Assembly: GCA_965644315.1 (NCBI GenBank)
Contig: CBFFRQ010000069.1
Coordinates: 1,302,001 to 1,366,000 of the forward strand
Direction of reading: 5' to 3'
Length of the DNA stretch: 64,000 nucleotides
Source of the DNA: Caecitellus pseudoparvulus
Lineage: Eukaryota > Protista > Bigyra: Bicosoecida
Shown piece by piece: positions 1 to 9,700 of this stretch (positions are counted from its first letter, which is position 1; each line of letters begins with the position of its first letter). A program made the position numbers and the translations under genes. The notes beneath the pieces are model-generated. The model was not told the DNA's origin, did no database searches, and saw only the letters and a program-made list of their open reading frames with translations.

Positions 1-783
1 ATGCACGTAACAAACCCCTTGCAAGTGGCCATGCTGCTCATGCTGGCAGTCTGGGGTGTCACCATGTCCATTGTCATGGAGTCCCTCGCAGAAGATGTAC
101 CGTGGTTCAGCTTGGGCACGGACCACAACCAGGACGAGTACACACTGCTGCAGATCCCCCTAACACTGCAACATGTCTTGAGCCTCCTGAGCCTGGTGGG
201 CCTGCTCTTTCTCTTCTCCAGCACGCTGCGTCGGGATCCGAGACAAGAGTACCTCCTGTACTACGGGTCGTGGACCAGCCCCGCCAACACCATGCCCGCC
301 TCCGTCGCAGCGGAGACGTACATCGACGCTCTGGTGCAGTTCCACACTCGGCGTTCGGTGGATGGAGGCGGCCCATCCAACATGTCCTTCACCGACGCGC
401 ACACTGGGCAAGCAGCCGCTGACACACATGGCGGCAGCGCTGCTAGCCCCCACCACCAGGGCGAGGACCACGTGCCTGCTGTCACAACACCCCAGCGTGC
501 ACATGCCGCCCTGCACAACCCTGCCGCGTACTCGTGGGGGCTAGGCAGCTGGGGTTCCTCTGCACCCTCACAGGATGTGGCGGATGGTGCAGTGGACGGC
601 GAGCTGCATGCTTGGAAACAGCTGCCGTTCACCGCTTGCTACCCGGCAGAGGCGTACGACTGGGCCAGCATAGTCCCAGGCAGCGAAGCCAGTGCTTCCT
701 TGCAGGACGGCGATGCGCCAGAGTCCCCTGAAGCGGACACGTGCGCCTCGTCTAGCACCAGCTCAGCGAGCCCCCAGTCGTGA
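1..783 (+). CDS. Membrane protein of unknown family, probably the 3' part of a gene starting before the window
   Basis: 260-aa ORF open from base 1. It has two hydrophobic segments (VAMLLMLAVWGVTMSIVM; VLSLLSLVGLLFLFS) followed by a low-complexity Ser/Ala tail, with GC3-rich codons. Confidence 0.6.
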   Translation: MHVTNPLQVAMLLMLAVWGVTMSIVMESLAEDVPWFSLGTDHNQDEYTLLQIPLTLQHVLSLLSLVGLLFLFSSTLRRDPRQEYLLYYGSWTSPANTMPASVAAETYIDALVQFHTRRSVDGGGPSNMSFTDAHTGQAAADTHGGSAASPHHQGEDHVPAVTTPQRAHAALHNPAAYSWGLGSWGSSAPSQDVADGAVDGELHAWKQLPFTACYPAEAYDWASIVPGSEASASLQDGDAPESPEADTCASSSTSSASPQS

Positions 784-812
784 CGCACCAGCGCAGGGTT
801 TTCAGTGCACCT

Positions 813-3311
813 TTACGAAGACGCGGCAGCGTTCCCCAGCATGGCTTTGTTCCCGGCCCCACGCGCGCTGGCAAAATGCTGCAGCTCATCCATGCTCGCC
901 TGCATGGCGTTCCTGCCGTCTGCGAGTTGGGACCGACAGATGGGTCGTACTCGTCGCAGTGCGGCTTCGAAGTGGGCCTGGGAAACCTGCAGGCGCGGGG
1001 CTGGGCTGGAGGACACCCGTGCCAAGTGCTCCCGCACTGCCCCCATGCCGGCCTCCCTGCACACGCCCTCCAGCTCCGCGCCGGTGTACCACTCCGTACG
1101 AGCTGCAATGCTTGGCAAGTCAACGTCCTCCCCCAACACCATGCCCTTGCCGCGTGTGTACAAGTGCAGCACAGCCACCCTTGCCTCCGCGTCTGGGGGG
1201 CCCACCAACACCCTGCGCTCCAGGCGCCCCGGGCGCAACAGAGCAGCGTCCAGCAGGTGTGGCATGTTCGTGCAGGCAACGACTAGCACGCCAGGACACG
1301 CTTCAACTCCGTCCATTTCGGTGAGCAGTGTGGTCAGGATGCCGCTCGTCGCGCTGTTGCCGCCGCTCGACCCACGAGCACCCACGAGCGCGTCGGCCTC
1401 GTCCAGGAAGACTATGGCTGGGGCAGCCTGCCTGGCCAGGCGGAACACCTCCCGGACTGTCCGCTCTGACTCTCCAACATACGCGCTCACGATGTCTGCC
1501 CCAGACAGCGAGAAGAAGGCTGCTTTGCTGCTGTGTGCGGCTGCGTGTACGAGGGTGGTCTTGGCACAGCCGGGGGGGCCAAACAACAGCACCCCCCGAG
1601 GCGGACTGATGCCCAGCCGCTCAAACGCCTCCGGGTGTGCAAAAGGCCACACGATGCTGTGCTGCAGCGTCGCCTTCACGTCCGCGTACCCAGCGATGTC
1701 CGACCACTCGACGCGACGCGGCGCAGATGTGAAGGCGGCAATGTGAGAAGGCGGCACGATGGACCGGGCCCGCTGCAGGTTCGCCACACTCACTGAAACT
1801 GCCAACGACTGCAAGCTGTCGTGACCATCCTCCACGCTGCACTGGCAGGCCGCTGCCAGCGCAAGGCGGCAAAGCAACCGCAGGTCTCTGCGCTGGTACC
1901 CGACGAGGTCTGCCGCCAGCGCCTGTACGCTGGCGGCAGGGGGGCACGCGCTGCCCAGGATGGCTTGGATGAATCCAGCTCGACACGCTTGGTCCATGGG
2001 CAGCAGGCCGATCTCCTTCTCGAGGCGCCCAGGCCGGCGCAAGGCAGGGTCCACGCCCTCAGCCCGTCCAGCTGTTGCGACGATGACGATGGATGCAGCA
2101 GCTGCAGGACCCCGTACCGAGGCGCTCTCAGCATTAGCCCTTGATGTTGCATCAATGTGAACAAGTAGCTGCCCGACAGACTGGGCACTGCCTTCAGTCG
2201 TGGCACCCCCCTGCACGACACCCATTCCACTGCGCGCGGAGGCCAACCCGTCCAAATCGGGCAAATGCACGACAGCCACCGCCATCCCTGGCTGCTCCAA
2301 GGTGCAGTGGAGCTCACAGTACTCGTGTGCTGCCGAGAAAGCCGCCTTTACCCCTGCAGACCTGCTTTCCTCCCCCGCAGCAGGCTGGAACACTTGCGCT
2401 GAGATGCCGAGGCCAGCGGCACGCAGCTGCTCCACAAGCAGGTGTGGCACAGTGTCCACCTCCGAGCCAGCACTGCCTGTCAGAAGAAAACCCACAGGAG
2501 CTTCCACTTGCAGCAGCAGCGCAGCCGCTGGGTCTTTGGCTGCAGCCATGAATGGCATTTGCAGCTCCTCCAGCGCAGACTCCAGACCATGTAGCGGAGG
2601 AGTGCGCGGCGCCGCATGGACAGCCGCAGTGGGTGCCCTGGCCAGTGAAGATTTTCCTTGGAACAAACCAAACTGGGTGCTTCCTCCGACGCGGTACAGC
2701 TTGCGGCCGCTGGTCGTGCCGCCAATAGAGTGCACCCGCACAATCGTCGTGCTTGGGTCCAAGCCACTGCTCGGGTGCACTTGGACAGCACAGCCAGGGG
2801 CGAGCAAGAAGCCTGTCAAAGCCGCGCGCACAGCAGACAAGTCAAATCCTGATTTAGCGACACTGCCTGCTCCCCGCATGGGGCACGGTGCAGGGGTCGC
2901 CCACGCGACAGCACCGCTGGCTGCGGAAATTGATGACTTCACAGGCAGCACACAACCCGCTTCACCCTGCACCGCCTCGAAGCTCACCAGGCAAGTCCCC
3001 GCGGGGGAGATGTCACTGTCAACTACTGAGATGCTGTCGGGGCCTTCCTGGACCCATGAATCAGGCAGGGCTACGGATCGATCGGCCTGCACAGCTGGCA
3101 GCCTTGGTGGTTCTTTGGACCAACTGGCAACTTCTGCTGGCACCGCAGAACAGAGCCATGCCGACGCCCTGGAGCACAGAACGACCGGTGTACCATGAGA
3201 CACTCCCAACTGCTTGACGAGTTGAGGCGGCAACCTGCATCGCTGGGAATGGCTGTCCAAGGCCTGGCCCGGTGGCTCAATCCTCACTGGCACGCTGCCT
3301 GACTCGGCCAT
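813..3311 (-). CDS. AFG2B: Type II AAA+ ATPase, AFG2B/SPATA5L1-like (ribosome biogenesis), about 832 aa
   Basis: D2 has Walker A GVLLFGPPGCAKTT followed by FFSLSGADIVSAYVGESE, Walker B IVFLDEAD, LLTEMDG and SRH DAALLRPGRL. D1 keeps SRH DPALRRPGRLEKE but its Walker A is degenerate. Start taken at ATG 3311 (MAESG); upstream in-frame starts exist. Confidence 0.8.
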   Translation of the reverse strand: MAESGSVPVRIEPPGQALDSHSQRCRLPPQLVKQLGVSHGTPVVLCSRASAWLCSAVPAEVASWSKEPPRLPAVQADRSVALPDSWVQEGPDSISVVDSDISPAGTCLVSFEAVQGEAGCVLPVKSSISAASGAVAWATPAPCPMRGAGSVAKSGFDLSAVRAALTGFLLAPGCAVQVHPSSGLDPSTTIVRVHSIGGTTSGRKLYRVGGSTQFGLFQGKSSLARAPTAAVHAAPRTPPLHGLESALEELQMPFMAAAKDPAAALLLQVEAPVGFLLTGSAGSEVDTVPHLLVEQLRAAGLGISAQVFQPAAGEESRSAGVKAAFSAAHEYCELHCTLEQPGMAVAVVHLPDLDGLASARSGMGVVQGGATTEGSAQSVGQLLVHIDATSRANAESASVRGPAAAASIVIVATAGRAEGVDPALRRPGRLEKEIGLLPMDQACRAGFIQAILGSACPPAASVQALAADLVGYQRRDLRLLCRLALAAACQCSVEDGHDSLQSLAVSVSVANLQRARSIVPPSHIAAFTSAPRRVEWSDIAGYADVKATLQHSIVWPFAHPEAFERLGISPPRGVLLFGPPGCAKTTLVHAAAHSSKAAFFSLSGADIVSAYVGESERTVREVFRLARQAAPAIVFLDEADALVGARGSSGGNSATSGILTTLLTEMDGVEACPGVLVVACTNMPHLLDAALLRPGRLERRVLVGPPDAEARVAVLHLYTRGKGMVLGEDVDLPSIAARTEWYTGAELEGVCREAGMGAVREHLARVSSSPAPRLQVSQAHFEAALRRVRPICRSQLADGRNAMQASMDELQHFASARGAGNKAMLGNAAASS

Positions 3312-3652
3312 TCTGCACGAGAGCTTCAAGGACGAACACGGAGTCGTGCAGGGCGGTGGAAGTCCAAGTGGCGTATGCGAAGTGGGGCTGGATTTCGTCA
3401 GGGGTTTTTCTTTTGCATATCGCGTAGCAAATGAGAACATTGAGGCAATCGGCGTCATTGCTTCTAGCACTTCGATCTCATACACATGGATGGCGCCTAG
3501 CGGTACGTGCTGAGTGCCCTAGTTCAAACCTTACAAAAATGTCAACCGGGCACCATCCCCCCCCTTGCTGACCAACTCTGCACTTCATTCCCATCCTTGC
3601 GCGCTCCCCAGACATTGTGTTGTGACGGAGAGAGCTGGCGCAGCGACGGGGC

Positions 3653-5518
3653 ATGGAGCGCACTCTGATCCCCAAGCAGTTCCACGTGGTGTCGACGTCG
3701 GCGCTCCCACCCACCAAGCCTGCGGAGCTCGGAAGGGCAACGTTTGATACCCAGAGCAGTCTATGGCAGGTCAGGCAGTGGCCCCCTTCTGACCCGTCTG
3801 AGGTGTCCGGCGGCCGCGCAGCGGCACGCCAGCACGCACGGCACCTGCTGGCATGGTACAATGCCATGCATGCAGCGCTGACAAGCCGACACACAGAGAC
3901 AACTCAGCCCCTCGCAGCTCCTGCGCAGGCCCTCGCTGCCAGATGGGCCAGCAGCGTGGGGCCAGTGCAGTGGGGCTGCAGTGCCCACGCAGAGTGTGGG
4001 CCACAGCAACGCTTCCGAGCTGGAGAGGCTGTCGCAGCCAGGCAAGGACGCGCTCGACATGATCTCAGCGTGGATGGACTACTCCATGGTGGAGCTGATG
4101 CATTCAGTCGGTCCCCTGGGGGTGGAGGCGCCGGCAAACCAGACAACGAGCCATCGCACAGCGACCAGGCAACACAGGCACGGCCTAGTGGTCTACTGGC
4201 GGGCTCATCTCGAGCAGACGCAGCTCTCTCCCCCCTGACACGCCATCAAGTTCGCATGTTACGTCTTGGTCACCGCAAGCGTGAGCTACTCGCAGCGCAG
4301 GCACAGACGGGCGAAGGCAGGCCTGGAATGGCTTATCGCACCTTGTGGGAAGCAGGAGCGCCGCCACCCGCTGAAGAGGGTGATTCAGCATCTGACACCG
4401 AGTCTGCGCACTCGGGAGAGCGCACAGTGTCGTTCAGTCGGAGTGCGTCGCCTGCAGCGGCTCGGCCCTTGCCCGCTGCCCCTGCTGCTCAACAGGCCTC
4501 CCTTGACTCGGCACTGCACGCCAGCATGGCGGCCTCCGAAGACGCCATCTCCGAGTCCCTGACAGCAAGGGCAGAAGACATACAGCGCTTGGCTTTCATT
4601 GCCCTGCACGAGGTTTCCCGCCAACTTACCTCAGGCAGCCCCACCGCACAGCTGCAAGCTGGGCTCCTTCACGAAGTGCTGGACCTGGCAGCCACCGCGC
4701 AGACTGCGTTGCTAGCAGCAGCGAAAGCTGAGAGTAGCTTGGTGCAAGAGGCGCTGCTGCGGGGATGGCGTCAGCTTGAAGCTGTCAGGTACGTTTGGCC
4801 CGCTGGCGTGGGGCGCCAAGCCCGGCACGCGATCCCCAGAACTCCTTGCACAGGCGGGCTCTGCGCACGTTCATCTCGCTGAGAGAAGAGGCCTCAGCAC
4901 ACATCAAGCAAGTGCGGCAGCATTTGCAAGCATCACGGGAAGTCGTGCGATTCATCGGTGAGGCTCGCGCCAGTGTCCAGCTCGATTGCATTGCCAGCAC
5001 AGATTCGCTCTGGCCGCGTCACAGAGCGGGCAGCTGCGGCAGGTGGCGACCCTGGAGGCGGGAATTCGGCATCTCTCTCTGGCCCTGCGCTGCGCTCTGT
5101 GCATGTGTCTACCGCCGGGCTCGCTGTCGAGTCTTCGCTGGGGCCTGCCAGCCCGTTGACAAAGCCGGCCAGCGGATCGGAAAGTCCACCTGAAGTTGTA
5201 CAGTCTGGAGCACCCGTCGCTGCCGCTGGGTTCTGGTTCTCCCCGCCTCGCCGCCGCCCAGCTCAAGCTGGTGAAGCCGCTGATGCGAAAGAGGAGGGTG
5301 CCGCTGGGGGTGACAAGTTTGAGGGTCAGCGGTCAACATCAGCATGGCTTCCAACTGCAGCCCAACAAACTGCAATGCCGATTGGTCACATGGGTGGGAC
5401 TTCGTCTGGGTCACTGGCGCCTCAGAGTCACAGCTTGACCTCAGGTGCCGTTGCCGGGCATGAGGTAGCGGAGGCCGATGAAGCCGAGGAAGACTGGATG
5501 GCGGACGCACTGGTTTGA
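3653..5518 (+). CDS. Hypothetical protein, about 577 aa, 3 exons
   Basis: Joins ORFs 3653, 4795 and 4958 through GT-AG introns 4789-4853 and 4958-5024, with frame preserved. No recognisable domain. Confidence 0.55.
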
Positions 5519-5531
5519 GTCCCCGCGCGAC

Positions 5532-6658
5532 TTAATTTATAGCCAGAACGACCACCGTCCCATTCGCATGCAGGGCCAGCACTTGCTTGGCATCCTCAGT
5601 CTGCGCGAACGCGACGGCAGGGCTCCCAGCTGCAGGTGCCTTGAACGTGAACAGCCGCTGGCGCCTGCGCAGGTCCCAAACCTCCACGTTGCCACCTTCG
5701 CGGCCCACCAGCAGCTGCTCGTGCTCATGTGTGGCAAGCATGGCGGTCGGTGCGGATGCAGAGTCCGCAGGGAGAGGGAACGCCGTCGCTGCACTGCCTG
5801 CCTGTGAAGGCGGCACACAGGCCACCACCTCCCCTGCCAGCCCACCAACAAAAAGCAAGCGGCCGTCTGACGACCATGCAATGCAACACGCATCTGGCAC
5901 GCAGCTGGCCAAGTGAACGTCAAAACTCGCCCCGGGGCTTGAGAGGGACAGAGTGCTCGGGTCCCGAAGCCAAGCGACACTGTCTTCCGCGGGATTCAGA
6001 GCGAGGTTGCACCCGGGCGCAGCCCACTGCCCGCTACAAGGGGACAGGGCAGACAAGTCGCAGGTTGGTCCATCCACGACACAGTGGAGTGCACCCTCTT
6101 CGCCCTGCCCTACAATCAGTGCCGGGCCTCCGGAGCCCAAGGCGTACGCTGCACAAGGGGTGCTGTGCTCTCGGATGATCTGCCCTGTCGCAGGGCACCA
6201 TACGCGGAGGGTGCTGCCCTCCTCAGAGCAACTTGATGCCCACACTTGGTCCCGGCCTGCAGGGAGGAGTGCGAGGCTGCAGGGCTGCAGGAAGCATGGA
6301 AGAGGCGCCAGCACTCACCATCCACACACGCATGGTGCACCGAAGCAGCCGCTGCGATGGTCCCAGCAGATGAAAGGACTGGGTCGGCCGCAATGCGCAC
6401 GTCTTCATCAGAGGCAGCTGAGGGTAGTTCTGGTGCAGCTCTGTTAGGGGCGGGGGCGGGGGCAAAGCGTGCTGGTCTCTCGCTTGCCACCGTGCGGCAA
6501 AGCCAGAGCCTGCCCTCCCCGCATACGTACACCTTGTACAGCCCCCCTCCAGAGCTGACAGCGACGAGGCCCAACTGGACGACATGCAGGACTGACACCA
6601 ACTTCTCCCCAGCCTCTGCGCTTGGGTCTGCGAGTGCTGTCCCCAGTTGACGGTACAT
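5532..6658 (-). CDS. WD40 repeat protein, about 354 aa
   Basis: WD-like repeats (CIAWSSDGRLLFVGG; LLVGREGGNVEVWDLR; SEEGSTLRVWC). Intron 6257-6318 (GTGAGT..CAG) joins ORFs 6116 and 5532. ATG at 6658 is in ACCATG context. Confidence 0.65.
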
Positions 6659-6666
6659 GGTGGTCG

Positions 6667-6675
6667 ATTTCCGCA
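6667..6675 (+). promoter_or_regulatory. ATTTCCGCA element, 8 bp upstream of the WD40 ATG (reverse orientation relative to the gene)
   Basis: Exact 9-mer; function inferred from recurrence at start codons. Confidence 0.5.
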
Positions 6676-6797
6676 GCAGCTGTGGGAAGGCTAGCACGCC
6701 ACTCGCATAAGAGGCGCCGAAAGCAGACGGATCCCTTGGATCGAAGTTGTGAGCCAACGGATGCAAACTAATGTAGATGAATTTTGGCTGTCGTGGG

Positions 6798-9700
6798 TCA
6801 AGGGCGAGTCGCGCCTGAGGCTGCACCAGAGTGCGAAGCAGCGAGGAGCTGCGAGTATGCGCCGCCTCTGCTGGCGAGCTCACGCGGGGACCCAAACTCC
6901 ACAAGCTTCCCTTCCTGCAGCACCATGATCAAGTCCATGCCCTGCAGCGTCGCCAAACGGTGCGCGATTACGAACAAGGTCGTCGTAGCAGGCAAGGCAC
7001 GCAGCAGCGAGCTGACAACCTCCTCGGCGCCCGCGTCGGTTGACGATGTTGCTTCATCCACGGCGACGAATGAGCGACCTTCTAGCAACGCCCTAGCAAT
7101 GGAGAGCAACTGCTTTGTGCCCGAGCTCAGGTTGGTCGCACCCGGCTCAACTTCATCCCATGGTGTTAGGCGCGCAAGGCCGACGCTCCTAAGTGCCTCC
7201 TGCATCTCCTGCAGGCTGTGCCTCCCGTACGGGTCCAAGCTGTCACGTACCTGGCCAGAAAGGACAAGGGGGTCCTGGGGCACAGCAGTCATCGATGTGC
7301 GGTGGGCAAGCAGGGGTACGCGAGACGCTTCCCTCCCGTTCCACAGCACGGCACCATGAGCGGGCGAGGGGGTAAGCCGCCAGAGGGCTGCGAGGAGAGT
7401 AGACTTGCCTGATCCAGTGCGGCCGACAACTCCGACTTTCGTCCCTGGTGCGATGGAAATGTCGTGCTGGCGCAGGTCTAAGGCAAGGGGACGGCGTTGG
7501 CTGCTTTCAGAGGCGTAAGATACGCCCAAGTGCTTCAGCCTCAGGTGCAGCGTGCGATCTGGCTCCGGCCCGAGCGATGCACCGAGAAGCAAGGGCTGTG
7601 TTGCTGCAGAACCGTCTATGTTTATGCTGAGCTGGGGAGGGGGAGCCCTCCGACCTCCGGTCGCCGCAGTGAACTCTGCGTTCACCTGCTGGCGCGAGGC
7701 GGCCGTTGCGCTGGCAGCCCGTAAACAGCACCAGCAGCCCTGCACTGTGCCACCGACTTGATCATGGAGGTGTCGCAGAGCCGTGGACAGGGCGCTGGTG
7801 AGGTTCTGAGACTCCCGTGGCGCACCGAAGTATTCACGCACGCGCTCAACACTCACAAATTCTTGCTCGGTTGCTGCCAGCGCAGCGATGAGGCCTTGCA
7901 GGGCGGCTGTGATGGGCAACGCGTAGGCCAACGCCAAGCCGCTTGCACCAGCAGATTGCTCTGCCGTACTGTACGCTCCAGGTGCGTCGCCACGATGCTG
8001 GCCAGGCTCAGGCGGGTCGGCCAGCAGTCTGTCAAACACGGCCCACAGCGAAATGACGCAGAGCACAAAGACGCCCAATCCTTGCAGCCGAATTCCAAGC
8101 CACTGGGCTCCAGCCATGTTCGCAAATAGCACCCGCTGGTTGACGCGGAGTACAGACTGCAAGCGACTCAACTCGGCACGCAGTACACCGCCTCCTTGCG
8201 TTGTGGCACCAACCTCAGCTGCTTGCAGCACAGCAAGCCCCGGTGATTCCAAGGCAACGCACTCATCAAAGTGTGCAAACAGGGGGGACCGCGTGACTGA
8301 ATCAAGACGCTTCAGTTCTCGGGAGATCGCTGTGCGGTACACATGCTGAAGCCTCCAATATGCGACCCCAACGATTGGCAGAGCGGCCAGGAACACTCCT
8401 TGCGTTGCAATGCCCAGAATGACAAGCGTGCCGGTAATGCCAAGCAGCTGCGCCAAGAGGATGTTAACTTGGAACGGCAGGGTTTCGTCAACAGCGTACT
8501 GGTCTCGGGACAGCCGGTTTGTGACTTGCCCGGTCGGGTGCCTCGCGAACCATGTGAGCGGTGCAGAGAAGATGGCAGACACAAGTCGTCGATGAAGGAC
8601 TTTTGCTGCCTGCAAACCTCCTTCTGCAAAAGCAAGAGACCGAATGAGGGTTGCCAGCGTGTTGACGCCGGCAATGGCAGCGAACACGACCAAGAATTCA
8701 CTGGAGGCAAAGCCAGGTGGGGGGCTCCACAGTTCGCGTCTAGGCATGAAAAACGAGGGCGAAGACGTGTTTCCAGGGCTGCTTTGGGCAGCCTGCCGCT
8801 CAGCCAACGCCACAGAGCTGGACCACTGGGCGAGCCACCAGTCAGCACCGTTACGGGTGCTTTGCATGACCAGCATTGACACGAACAAGACCACGAGCAA
8901 ACCGACCGGCACTGCACACGCATAGACAGACAGCGTTCCTCCAGCAAGCGCCCCTGCTTGCCGGTGCTCCGTGTCATCTTCGTCTTGCGAGGGATCTTCC
9001 ACGACACCCTCCGCGCCAGCTTCATCTGAAAGAGCTGCTTCGGCGCTTTCTTTTGGGAAGGCTGGGGCGACCGAGCCACCCTGGTCCGCATGGTGACTGG
9101 TATGTGACGTTGTGACAAGGCCTGAAGCTATGTGCCAATGGCTGGTGCTCCAGCCGTGGAAGGACTCGGGCCTGTGGGTTGCCAGCACTATGGAGATGTG
9201 GGAGCGCGCTTTGTCATACCAGGGAGTTCCTTGTAGTGCGCCTGCGTTCAGTGCACGGCGCGTCACATTGGCCGCGGTGGTTGCATCCAAGGCACCAAGC
9301 GGCGCGTCCAGCAGCAGCAATGCTCCCGGTTCCTCTGCGTCGCATGTCGTGGCAACGAGCCAAGCAGCATACAGTCCTCGTGCAAGGCCCAGCCGCGATG
9401 CCTGGCCACCAGACAGCCTCCCGGGGCGAATGCGCGTTGAAGTGCCCCGGGGAAAGGACGCCAAGTCCACCTCCAAGTCCACTGCTGACAGCGCGCGCTG
9501 CGCGAGGGCAGTGCGGAGGGCTTCATGCCCAGGCAGGGGAACCAAGGCATCGCCAAGGCACACAAGGTTCTCATGGACTGTCATACGGCGGATCCAGGGC
9601 TTGGGGGGCACAAGGATAGTGTGCACGGCGGACTGTCGACGGCGCCCAGAGGTGAGTGGGGGCATTATACCGGCAAGCGCCATGAGAACACTGCTCTTTC

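Noticed and set aside
6659-6904. Same-strand overlap of the WD40 ORF (6116-6904) with the ABCC 3' end
   Set aside because: The ORF-track start is non-ATG. The first ATG (6658) lies 140 bp downstream of the ABCC stop and carries the promoter-like motif.
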